Counted from the stretch's first letter, positions 7,856-16,427 are shown. The stretch is 32,000 bases of DNA from Phycisphaera mikurensis NBRC 102666 (GCF_000284115.1 NC_017080.1:2820001-2852000); one strand, 5' to 3'. Numbers and translations: made by a program. Notes: generated by a model from the letters alone, not told the origin.

Positions 7856-8606
7856 CGCTAGAAGACCTTCGAAGCCTGCGAGGCCATCGGAAGACCTATC
7901 CGCGGGCTTGGCGCAGATCCTCGCCCGAAATCACCTACTTTCGGACGCCGCTCACCGCTACGTCACGTTTGTCGAAGGAAGTAGTGATATTGCGTATATC
8001 AATGTAGCGGCATCGAGATTTGCGGAGCGCACGGGAACAGATCTACTCGATGCGGGAAACGGGACGAAATTGACATTCTTTTCACCCGCTCGCCCGAGCT
8101 CCAACCTAGTGAGGCGAGGAGGGGTAGAGCAACTCAAGAAGCTTGCAGATGATCTGAAGGTTTTTGCACTGCAACTCGATGCTGCTGGCCCTATCTGCTT
8201 TCTCTTCGACCATGATCAAGCCGGCTGCGACGGTGCTCGCGAAGTGCGGAAGATGGGGTACCAGACTGACGCGAGATGCGTGCTTACGCTTGATCCAAAG
8301 TATCACCCCCGTGCGTGCAGACATGCTAGAAAAGGTGGCGATCCGGTCGTGATCGAAGATCTCCTGTCGCTCGACCTTCAGCGACGATTTTTTGCTCAAG
8401 GAGGTTCATCATGCGATGTGGCTTACATCTCCGGCGATATCTCACGATTCTCCTGGCGGCATCCGTCAAAAGACGATTTATGTAGATTTGCACAAGCTCA
8501 TGCTTCGTGCGAAGACCTGATCGAAGTGGCTCGTATAATCTGGCGAATTCGCGAACTCTGGAGACTTCCAGTGCCGGAGGAAGCACGACAACTGCTTGAG
8601 GCTTGA
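7842..8606 (+). CDS. stand-alone TOPRIM-domain nuclease (OLD / DUF4435-like), 254 aa
   Basis: The ATG at 7842 overlaps the upstream gene's last 14 nt. TOPRIM signature elements occur in the right order: YVTFVEGSSDIAYI (conserved Glu45 in an EGxxD context), ICFLFDHDQAGCDGAREV (DxD, Asp123/Asp125, followed by G) and DPVVIEDLLSLDL (the IE[ND]hL motif seen near the end of OLD/DUF4435 TOPRIM domains). There is no ATPase domain. The N-terminal 16 aa are Arg/Pro-rich. Confidence 0.65.
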   Translation: MARRSARRPSKPARPSEDLSAGLAQILARNHLLSDAAHRYVTFVEGSSDIAYINVAASRFAERTGTDLLDAGNGTKLTFFSPARPSSNLVRRGGVEQLKKLADDLKVFALQLDAAGPICFLFDHDQAGCDGAREVRKMGYQTDARCVLTLDPKYHPRACRHARKGGDPVVIEDLLSLDLQRRFFAQGGSSCDVAYISGDISRFSWRHPSKDDLCRFAQAHASCEDLIEVARIIWRIRELWRLPVPEEARQLLEA

Positions 8607-8610
8607 AGGA

Positions 8611-8719
8611 GCCGCTCGGAGCCGCTGGGGCCGGAGGAGCCGGTAGTGGGCCGCTGGTGGGGGAGCCGCTGGGGCCAGACCTACTTCTGAAGGAGGCTGA
8701 TCCGACCCCGCCGATACTC
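8611..8719. repeat. REP-like repeat, copy A (short GCCGCTSGG motifs followed by a ~55-bp core)
   Basis: Four degenerate gccgct[c/g]g motifs occupy 8611-8675. They are followed by the core ccgctggggccagacctacttctgaaggaggctgatccgaccccgccgatactc (8666-8719). The core recurs at 9927-9980, with about 47 of 54 positions identical in an ungapped alignment by my count. Confidence 0.7.
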
Positions 8720-8888
8720 TGATCGGCCGCGGGTTGCTTCCTCCACCACCTCCGCCGCCCTCTCCAGGCGAACAGAAGGCCGATTCTCGGCTCTTTCCCG
8801 GGCATCTGGCAACCCGATGCGCAGCAGAGAAAGACCGCGTGCGGCCGGGCGGTCATTGAAGCTCCATTTCCGACAGACTCCTCGGTGG

Positions 8889-9842
8889 CTACCCCGGGGC
8901 CGCCGCCTCGGCCGGGAGCAGCTCGGCCGCCCGCTGCTCGATCAGCGTGAAGACGGCGGCGGGTTCGACCAGGTGACGCTTGCCGCGGCGGAGGGTGCGG
9001 GCGAGGCGGTCGAGGAAGGTGAGGTAGGCGTCGAAGGTGAGCCGGCGGCGGGGTTGGCGGAAGGGTCGATCAGGTCCGCTCGGCGGCGCCGGCTCCTGCG
9101 GGCCCCAGTGCAGCGGGGTGAGCCAGCGGCGGGTGCGGCGGATCCGGCGGCGGCGGCAGGGTTCGTCGCCCTCAGCCGGGGGATGGCAGCGGTGCGGCGC
9201 CTCGTCGTGTAGACGCACCTCCAGAGAGGTGTGGGTGCCGGCATGCGGGTGACGGCCGATGCCGGCGGCGAAAGGATTCAGTTCGATGTAGGCCTGCACG
9301 GCCAGCTCGGCGGACTCGTCGGCGGCGGCGAAGCTCTTGAAGCGGCCCTGCCAGAAGCAGCCGCTGCTTTTCGTCGTTCGGTTGTGCCACTCGGCCACGT
9401 GCTGTTTCAGGTCCTTCACAAAGCTGCTGAGGCTGCACAGCTTCGCCCGCGTGGCGGCGACCCATGCGGCGTCGGCGGCGTGTTCGCGGACGCGGGCGGC
9501 CCGAGCCTCGGCCGACTCGCCGCGGTGCCGCCAGCCCGGGTGGAGTCGGAGCCACCGCTCGGCCACTCCTTCTTCGCTCCAACGCGCCGCCTCCGCCTCG
9601 ATCATCCTCGCCTGGAGGTGGAAGTGGTTGCCCATGAACGCGGCGGCGGTCAGCTCGACGGCATAAACCGCGGCGAGATCCCGCAGCCGGTCGCTGCTCA
9701 CCTGCCGCAGGCTGCGGAGCCCGCTCTCCGGCGGCTCGTCCTCGCCGCCGAGCAGCCGCAGCCCGTGCGCAACCCGTGAGGTGACGTGCCGCGAGAAGCA
9801 GCCTCCTACTCGCTCTTGATGCTCCCGGGTGCGGCGTGCCAC
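8889..9842 (-). CDS. Y1/HUH (IS200-like, REP-associated tyrosine transposase-like) protein, 317 aa
   Basis: It has the HUH motif in AAAFMGNHFHLQARM and the catalytic-Tyr motif in AVQAYIELNPFAAGI (family pattern YIhxNPvrAG). The N-terminal segment (SRHVTSR...) resembles the YHVxxRG start of the family. The start is a GTG (complement of 9840-9842) and is uncertain. GC content is host-like. Confidence 0.7.
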   Translation of the reverse strand: MARRTREHQERVGGCFSRHVTSRVAHGLRLLGGEDEPPESGLRSLRQVSSDRLRDLAAVYAVELTAAAFMGNHFHLQARMIEAEAARWSEEGVAERWLRLHPGWRHRGESAEARAARVREHAADAAWVAATRAKLCSLSSFVKDLKQHVAEWHNRTTKSSGCFWQGRFKSFAAADESAELAVQAYIELNPFAAGIGRHPHAGTHTSLEVRLHDEAPHRCHPPAEGDEPCRRRRIRRTRRWLTPLHWGPQEPAPPSGPDRPFRQPRRRLTFDAYLTFLDRLARTLRRGKRHLVEPAAVFTLIEQRAAELLPAEAAAPG

Positions 9843-9914
9843 CGCCGCACCCTACCAAACAGAAACCGTTCTGTCTAGCCAGCCTTTCGAGTGGGAGCGG
9901 TACGACCTTGGGCG

Positions 9915-9980
9915 AACCGCTGGGAACCGCTGGGGCCAGACCTGCTTCTGAAGGCGGCCGATCCCGACCCGCCGATGCTC
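9915..9980. repeat. REP-like repeat, copy B
   Basis: Two copies of aaccgctggg (9915-9935) are followed by the core ccgctggggccagacctgcttctgaaggcggccgatcccgacccgccgatgctc (9927-9980). It has the same orientation as copy A, so the two copies bracket the RAYT-like gene as direct repeats 1261 bp apart. Confidence 0.7.
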
Positions 9981-10032
9981 CGAGGCCGGTCCTGAATGTG
10001 CCCAACCCCTTCGCCGGATCTACCGTGTCGGG

Positions 10033-11331
10033 ATGCTCGCCCGTCTGCGTCGGAGGTCTGTCGCCACGCTCGCCCTCGTCGTCGCCTCGAACGCGGCCGC
10101 GGGCTCGCCCCCGCCGCCCACGGCAGGCCCGCCGCCGCAGCCGCGCTTCTCGCTGGAGTGGCAGTGGTCGCGGATGGCCGAGGCGGAGGGACGCTTCAAC
10201 CTGGAGCGGTCGGCGGGCGACCAGAACACCAGCGTGGAGGTCGCCCGCTTCAGCGATGACGGGCGGCGGATCGTCACCGGAGCGAAGCTCGACAACTCGG
10301 TCCGCGTGTTCGACCTGGACGGCAAGCAGCTGTGGATCGCGCACCACGAGGCGGAGATCGAGCGGGCGGACTTCTGCGCCGGCGACCGCTTCGTCCTGAG
10401 CGGGGCCGAGGACGGAGCGGTCCGCGTGTTCGACGCGGACTCGGGCGAGCAGCGGGCGGAGCTGCCGCACGGGGCGGGCATTGACGCGATGGTCGTGAGC
10501 CCCGACGGGCGCCTGCTGGTCGTGGGAACCGAGAGGCGGACGGAGGTCGACGAGCCCGACGCCGCCCGTGACGAGCGGGCCCGGGAGGCCGACCCGGGGA
10601 TCTACACCACCGGCGACCTCGGCCGCGGCGAGGGCCTGTCGGTCTGGGCGATCGACGACCCGGACCCGTCCGCCTGGAGCCACCTCCTGTTCGTGGGGGC
10701 CGACGCGGAGACGATCGCCGACGTCAACGGGATCGACTTCACCGCCGACGGCTCGCTGCTCGTGGCGGCGTTCCGCGACGGGAAGGTGCGGGCCTACCGG
10801 GTGAACGTCGCCGAGGAGGGCGGCCGCGTGTCCGGGGCGTCGCTCACGCTGGAGCGCATCTTCGACTTCTCGCCGGGCTCGGCGAAGATCGCGCAGATCG
10901 CCGAGCCCGGCGGCGGCCTGCCCCGCCTGGTCGCGGCCGGGCAGAACGGCCGGATCGGGCCGCGGGTGTGGGACCTGGACAGCGGCGAGCAACTCGCCGA
11001 GCTGCCCGATTTCAGCCGCACGAACGACCCGCTGGCCTTCTCGCCGGACGGCCGCTTTTTGGTGGTCGGCGGCAACGAGGGCAAGACGCTAAACGACGGG
11101 CGGGACCGAGCGGGCCGCTACCTGGACCGCGGCGGCATGAGCCGCATCAGCGTCTACGCGGTGGAGGACCTGCTCGCCCTGGGCGACCGAACGCAGCCGT
11201 GCACCGTGATCGACGGGGTCTTCCGCCTGGAGTTCTGCGCGTTCAACGCGGAGGGCTCGATGCTGACGACCGGGCACGAGGACGGGAGCGTTCAGCTCTG
11301 GGAGGTCCGCCGGGCCGGCGAATCCCGCTGA
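10033..11331 (+). CDS. secreted WD40/beta-propeller repeat protein
   Basis: The 432-aa ORF has an N-terminal signal-like segment, MLARLRRRSVATLALVVASNAAAG. It carries recurring WD-like blades: DNSVRVFDLDGK, DGAVRVFDADSGE, DGKVRAYRV, GPRVWDLDSGE and DGSVQLWEV. Confidence 0.7.
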   Translation: MLARLRRRSVATLALVVASNAAAGSPPPPTAGPPPQPRFSLEWQWSRMAEAEGRFNLERSAGDQNTSVEVARFSDDGRRIVTGAKLDNSVRVFDLDGKQLWIAHHEAEIERADFCAGDRFVLSGAEDGAVRVFDADSGEQRAELPHGAGIDAMVVSPDGRLLVVGTERRTEVDEPDAARDERAREADPGIYTTGDLGRGEGLSVWAIDDPDPSAWSHLLFVGADAETIADVNGIDFTADGSLLVAAFRDGKVRAYRVNVAEEGGRVSGASLTLERIFDFSPGSAKIAQIAEPGGGLPRLVAAGQNGRIGPRVWDLDSGEQLAELPDFSRTNDPLAFSPDGRFLVVGGNEGKTLNDGRDRAGRYLDRGGMSRISVYAVEDLLALGDRTQPCTVIDGVFRLEFCAFNAEGSMLTTGHEDGSVQLWEVRRAGESR

Positions 11332-11409
11332 TCCGCCCGCCGCGGCCGATCCCGGAGCGGCGCGCTCCGCCGACGCGAGCGGGGAAGCCCCGCCCGCCGC
11401 CCGGCCGGA

Positions 11410-11449
11410 GCCGCTGGGGTGCCGCTGGGAACCGACCGACTCCTGATCC
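11410..11449. repeat. REP-like repeat, partial copy C
   Basis: The sequence gccgctggggtgccgctgggaaccgaccgactcctgatcc has the same doubled ccgctggg head as copies A and B. Its core is shortened and diverged (gaccgactcctgatcc against gacctgcttctga...gatcc). Confidence 0.45.
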
Positions 11450-11456
11450 GGCGGCT

Positions 11457-11495
11457 CCGGGCACGCTGCGCAGCAGGCGGGCGCAGCGTGCCCGG
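11457..11495. terminator. perfect 15-bp GC hairpin between convergent genes (factor-independent-type stem without U-tract)
   Basis: ccgggcacgctgcgc (11457-11471) pairs with gcgcagcgtgcccgg (11481-11495) across a 9-nt loop. It lies between the stop of the WD40 gene (11331) and the stop of the WXG100-like gene (11576). A second 8-bp inverted repeat, ggcacacg/cgtgtgcc, follows at 11494-11517. Confidence 0.45.
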
Positions 11496-11575
11496 CACAC
11501 GCCGCGTGCCGTGTGCCGCGGGGGCCGCTCGCGTCCGATCTGCGCTGAAGCTGGCCGCCGGGATCTCCGTCCGGC

Positions 11576-11845
11576 TCACCGGCCGAGGTAGCTCTTCACG
11601 TGGGCGGCTTTCTGCTTGAGCGCACGGGCGTGCAGCTCGCTGTGCTCGAGGAACTTGCCGATGACGCGGGCCTGAGCGTCGAACTCCGCCTGAAACTTCG
11701 CCTGCTCCTGGTCGTGCCAGCTGCCCTCCAGCCGCCGCATCCGCCCCTTGAGCTGCTGCATCAGCGACGCCATCTCCTGGTTGAACCGGGAGAGGTTGCG
11801 GGCGAAGTCTTCGAGTTCCTGGGGATCGACGTTGGCTTTGGCCAT
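11576..11845 (-). CDS. WXG100-like small helical-hairpin protein (89 aa)
   Basis: This is the internal ATG (complement 11843-11845) of ORF 11576..11890. It gives MAKANVDPQELEDFARNLSRFNQEMASLMQQLKGRMRRLEGSWHDQEQAKFQAEFDAQARVIGKFLEHSELHARALKQKAAHVKSYLGR. The size, two-helix layout and central L.g.W.d..q..F resemble the ESAT-6/WXG100 family, with WHD in place of WxG. Confidence 0.45.
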   Translation of the reverse strand: MAKANVDPQELEDFARNLSRFNQEMASLMQQLKGRMRRLEGSWHDQEQAKFQAEFDAQARVIGKFLEHSELHARALKQKAAHVKSYLGR

Positions 11846-11861
11846 CCGGCGACGATAGATC

Positions 11862-11925
11862 GGGGGGAAGAGGCAGAGGAAGAGGAGCAAGCGAAGAAGC
11901 GAAGAAGTTTGGAAGCGGAGAAGTC
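11862..11925. repeat. purine-strand (inverted) partial copy of the 8-bp repeat array
   Basis: The region reads ggggggaagaggcagaggaagaggagcaagcgaagaagcgaagaagtttggaagcggagaagtc. Positions 11891-11908 (gcgaagaagcgaagaagt) are the exact reverse complement of 12036-12053 (acttcttcgcttcttcgc). Confidence 0.75.
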
Positions 11926-11973
11926 AGGCAGGAGGCAGCGAGCGGTCGGCCAAGCCCCCCCGCCCCTGCTGAG

Positions 11974-12162
11974 TCCCCCGCTCCCCCACTCCCCCGCTCC
12001 CCCACTTCCCGACTTCCCCACTTCCCCACTTCCCCACTTCTTCGCTTCTTCGCTTCTTCACTTCTTCGCTTCTTCGCTTCTTCGCTTCTCCACTTCTTCG
12101 CTTCTTCACTTCTTCGCTTCTTCACTTCTTCGCTTCCCCGCTTCTTCCCCCCGCTTCTCCGC
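11974..12162. repeat. tandem array of about 23 units of an 8-bp pyrimidine repeat T[T/C]C[T/C][T/C]C[G/A]C
   Basis: Read directly, the units are tcccccgc tcccccac tcccccgc tcccccac ttcccgac ttccccac (x3) ttcttcgc ttcttcgc ttcttcac ... ttccccgc ... ttctccgc. The array lies between the gspE-like stop (12167) and the WXG100-like start (11845). An 8-bp period is not a multiple of 3. Confidence 0.9.
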
Positions 12163-12166
12163 CGCG

Positions 12167-13729
<1,563 letters not shown>

Positions 13730-13828
13730 GGAGTGCCTCCTCGTGCGGAGTCCTCGCGTGCGGGAAGGGTCACTTCAGGCACGGGGAGCCGAGAGAGTAG
13801 CGCACCGTGCTCCGGGGCCCACGCGAGG

Positions 13829-14437
13829 TCACCCCACCGCCGCCCGCAGCCGCCGGCAGCCGTCGCAGCTCCCGCACGGAGCCGGTCCGCGGAAGGCGCA
13901 AGCCCAGGCCAGGCCCGGATCGACCGAGGCCCGCCGCCCCAGCGCCATCACCTGTTCGAGGTGCAGCTCCACGAGCGGGGTCTCCACCGGCACGGGCTCC
14001 ACCCCGGCGGCCTCCTGCAGGCGGCGGACCAGGAGGCAGGTCTCGTGGGCGGCCAGCCGCGCCGGCACGGCGGCGGTGGCGTCGCCGGCCGCGTCGCCGC
14101 GGGCGGTCGCCCAGATCACCGGGGTGCTCCCGCGCCGGCCCGCCGCCTGGCACGCGGCGAGCAGCAGCTGCGCATCGGCGAGCGGCGGGTGTGCCGCCTC
14201 GCCGCCGGGCCCGCGCTCCGCGCGGAGGTGCACGGCGTGCAGCTCCTCCAGCGTTCCCAGCCCGTAGCGGTCCATCTGCTCGCGGAGGCGCCGCAGACGG
14301 GCGGCGCTGGCGTCGCGGCCGTCGTGCACGAAGAGCAGCCGCGGCATCGGCTTCCGGTCGCGGTGGCGGAGCGCGAGCACCACCAGCGAGGGGAGGTCGC
14401 CGGCGGCGAGCAGGAGCGGACGGGGGGCGGGGGGCAC
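13829..14437 (-). CDS. QueC-family (7-cyano-7-deazaguanine synthase-like) protein with degenerate PP-loop
   Basis: This is the C-terminal part of ORF 13829..15151. Its tail, ETPLVELHLEQVMALGRRASVDPGLAWACAFRGPAPCGSCDGCRRLRAAVG, follows the QueC end pattern (aPl..l.K.eiv.lg..lg.....T.SCy.....CG.C.sC..R). At the SGGxDS ATP-pyrophosphatase position the sequence is LLLAAGDLPSLVVLAL. The start is uncertain: GTG at 14435-14437 (202 aa, preferred) or ATG at 14345-14347 (172 aa). Confidence 0.5.
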   Translation of the reverse strand: MPPAPRPLLLAAGDLPSLVVLALRHRDRKPMPRLLFVHDGRDASAARLRRLREQMDRYGLGTLEELHAVHLRAERGPGGEAAHPPLADAQLLLAACQAAGRRGSTPVIWATARGDAAGDATAAVPARLAAHETCLLVRRLQEAAGVEPVPVETPLVELHLEQVMALGRRASVDPGLAWACAFRGPAPCGSCDGCRRLRAAVG

Positions 14438-14630
14438 GAGCGGGGGTGAGAAAGCCGGCAAGACTAAGCGGCGGCGTCGGCGCAAGCGTCGATCCGCGCA
14501 GCCGCCGGGCCGATCCGGCGGACCCCCGAATCCTCCCCCCGCTCCTTCGCCTGCCCGCGGACGCCGAAGACGCTCCCCCCAACCACTACCCTCCCGCCCC
14601 GCAGCCATCCGCCCTCGCGCGACCCCGCTT

Positions 14631-15425
14631 ATGCCCCTGCTCATCCTCCAACACGACGAAGCCGAGCACGCCGGTCGGCTGGGCGACATCCTCTCGGACC
14701 TGGGCCACCGGCTGGAGGTGCGCGAGCTGTTCGGCGGCGATGCCGTGCCCGGCGACCTCGACGGGATCGACGGCGTGATCTCGCTGGGTGGGGCGTACAA
14801 CGCCTTCCGCGATGCGGAGGACGCGGCCAGCGGCGAGCAGGAGCCGTCCTGGCTGCAGCCGGAGAAGGACCTGCTCCGCGCCGCCCACGAGGCGGAGGTC
14901 CCGGTGCTGGGGATCTGCCTCGGCGCCCAGCTGCTGGCCGTTGCACTCGGCGGCGAGGTCGGCCCGCTGGAGGCGGAGCACGCGCCGGAGGTCGGCTTCC
15001 AGAAGGTCACCTCCACCTTCTTTGGCAGCACCGATCCGCTGCTGGTGGGGCTTCCCTGGGCGAGCCACCCCTTCCACCTGCACGGGCAGCAGGTCACCAA
15101 GGCCCCGCCCGGCGGCACGCCGATCCCGCTGCAGGGCAGCCGAGCCTGCAAGGTGCAGGCCTTCAGAAGCGGGCTGACCAGCTACGGCATCCAGTACCAC
15201 TTCGAGTGGACGCGGAAGATGATGGTCGACGTGCTCGACGCGAACCAGGCAGAGCTCACCGAAGCCGGCGTCGACCTCGCCGCCGTTAAGGCCTCTTTCG
15301 ACGATCACTACCCGCTCAGCCGCCACCTCGGCGACCGGCTCTGCCAGAACCTCGCGAAGCTGCTCTTCCCGATCGACAAGCGGCTCCCGCCGGTGGGCGT
15401 CTCGGTCGAGAACTTCCGGGCGTGA
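14631..15425 (+). CDS. class I glutamine amidotransferase (GATase1, GuaA-N-like)
   Basis: The 264-aa ORF has a nucleophile elbow VLGICLGAQLLAVALGG (Cys) and a downstream YGIQYHFE (His/Glu), typical of type-1 GATases. Confidence 0.8.
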   Translation: MPLLILQHDEAEHAGRLGDILSDLGHRLEVRELFGGDAVPGDLDGIDGVISLGGAYNAFRDAEDAASGEQEPSWLQPEKDLLRAAHEAEVPVLGICLGAQLLAVALGGEVGPLEAEHAPEVGFQKVTSTFFGSTDPLLVGLPWASHPFHLHGQQVTKAPPGGTPIPLQGSRACKVQAFRSGLTSYGIQYHFEWTRKMMVDVLDANQAELTEAGVDLAAVKASFDDHYPLSRHLGDRLCQNLAKLLFPIDKRLPPVGVSVENFRA

Positions 15426-15458
15426 ATCGGCGGCGAGCGACGCCGCTGGACCGCCTCC

Positions 15459-16427
15459 TCAGCGGCGGCGGCGGGCGAGCAGGAGCGCCCCGGCGGCGGC
15501 GAGCGCCGCGCTGCCGGGCTCGGGCACCGGGGAGGAGCCGAAACCGAAGAAGATGACCCCCTCGTTGATGCCGACGATGTCGTAGGTGCCGTCGGTGAGG
15601 TCGAAGCGGGCGACGCCCCCCAGCCGGACCGTGCCCTCGGGTCCGTCGGGGTTCAGGAAATTGACGTTGCCGAACAGCGCATCGAAGCGGCCGTCCGCGT
15701 CCTCGTCCACCCCGGTGAGGGCCGCGCCGCCGGAGAGTGCCCCGCCGCCGACCCGCCCCGCGGCGCCGAGGGCGCCGACCACCGAAGCCGCTCCCGTGTC
15801 CGCGGCGAAGCGGATGAGGCTGCCGGTGTCCAGGTCCCACCCGTAGAGGTCGTCGCCGACGCTGGCCAGCGAGATGATGAACGCGTCGGGGTCGGTGGCG
15901 CCCGCGGCGGCGAGCGCAGCGTTGACGGCGCCCGCGGACCCGACGAGGCTGGCCGCGCCCGTGGTGGTGTCGATGCCGTAGAGGGCGTCGTCGCTCGTGG
16001 TGAAGGCGAAGGCGCGGCCGTCGCCGAGCACGTCGAAGCCGAAGGCGGAGATGCCCGCGGGCCCGCCCACCGCGGTCGCGTCGCCGTTGGAGGTGTCCAG
16101 CTCCAGCAGCTGGCCGCCGCGGAAGCCCAGCAGCCGGCCGTCGGGCGTGCCGCCCAGGGCCGGCGGCAGGCCGGTGGTCGCGGGCCCGACCGGCGTGGCT
16201 CTGCCGGTGACCGTGTCCACGGCGTAGAGGAAGTTCGACCGCGTGTCGTCGTGGCCCGGCTGCCCGGGCGTGATCGCCGGGTCGCCGGGCTCGAGCAGCT
16301 GGCCGGTGGCGAAGAAGGTCGCGGCGTGGGCGCCGGCGGCGGGCAGCACCGCGAGCGATGCGGCGAGCGCGGCGGCGGCAGGAGCGGCCCGACGGGCGGC
16401 CGCGTGGCGGGGGAGGGTGTTTCTCAT
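15459..16427 (-). CDS. PEP-CTERM-anchored secreted repeat protein (DUF4394-like repeats)
   Basis: This is the internal ATG (complement 16425-16427) of ORF 15459..16649. The signal peptide is MRNTLPRHAAARRAAPAAAALAASLAVLPAAGAHA. The C-terminus, VPEPGSAALAAAGALLLARRRR, is a textbook PEP-CTERM sorting signal. Internal LYGIDTTTGAASLVG and LYAVDTVTGRATPVG repeats are present. The upstream part of the ORF is translated 8-bp repeat and was rejected. Confidence 0.75.
   Translation of the reverse strand: MRNTLPRHAAARRAAPAAAALAASLAVLPAAGAHAATFFATGQLLEPGDPAITPGQPGHDDTRSNFLYAVDTVTGRATPVGPATTGLPPALGGTPDGRLLGFRGGQLLELDTSNGDATAVGGPAGISAFGFDVLGDGRAFAFTTSDDALYGIDTTTGAASLVGSAGAVNAALAAAGATDPDAFIISLASVGDDLYGWDLDTGSLIRFAADTGAASVVGALGAAGRVGGGALSGGAALTGVDEDADGRFDALFGNVNFLNPDGPEGTVRLGGVARFDLTDGTYDIVGINEGVIFFGFGSSPVPEPGSAALAAAGALLLARRRR

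Larger units (their letters stand above)
4387..8610. other. low-GC insert (genomic islet) carrying a two-gene operon; no integrase, transposase or flanking direct repeat seen inside
   Basis: Composition falls abruptly. For example, lines 4681 and 7381 count 34/60 and 28/60 G+C, against 40/60 or more in flanking lines. Third codon positions become A/T-rich. The right edge is sharp, at the stop of the second gene (8606). The left edge is inferred from the codon-style switch inside the lepA tail near 4387. Confidence 0.75.

Noticed and set aside
8607-8888. Displaced native lepA 3' end, att-type direct repeat matching the left junction (4509-4681), or an integrase/recombinase belonging to the islet.
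   Set aside because: Comparing both junctions by eye, I found no shared sequence and no lepA-like remnant. The only ORF here (8326..8856, minus) is a shadow frame spanning the GC boundary. The mechanism of insertion therefore remains open.
11974-12162. Whether the regularly spaced repeats could be a CRISPR array.
   Set aside because: The period is only 8 bp with no unique spacers, and units are contiguous. No cas genes or leader are present. It is a microsatellite-like tandem repeat.
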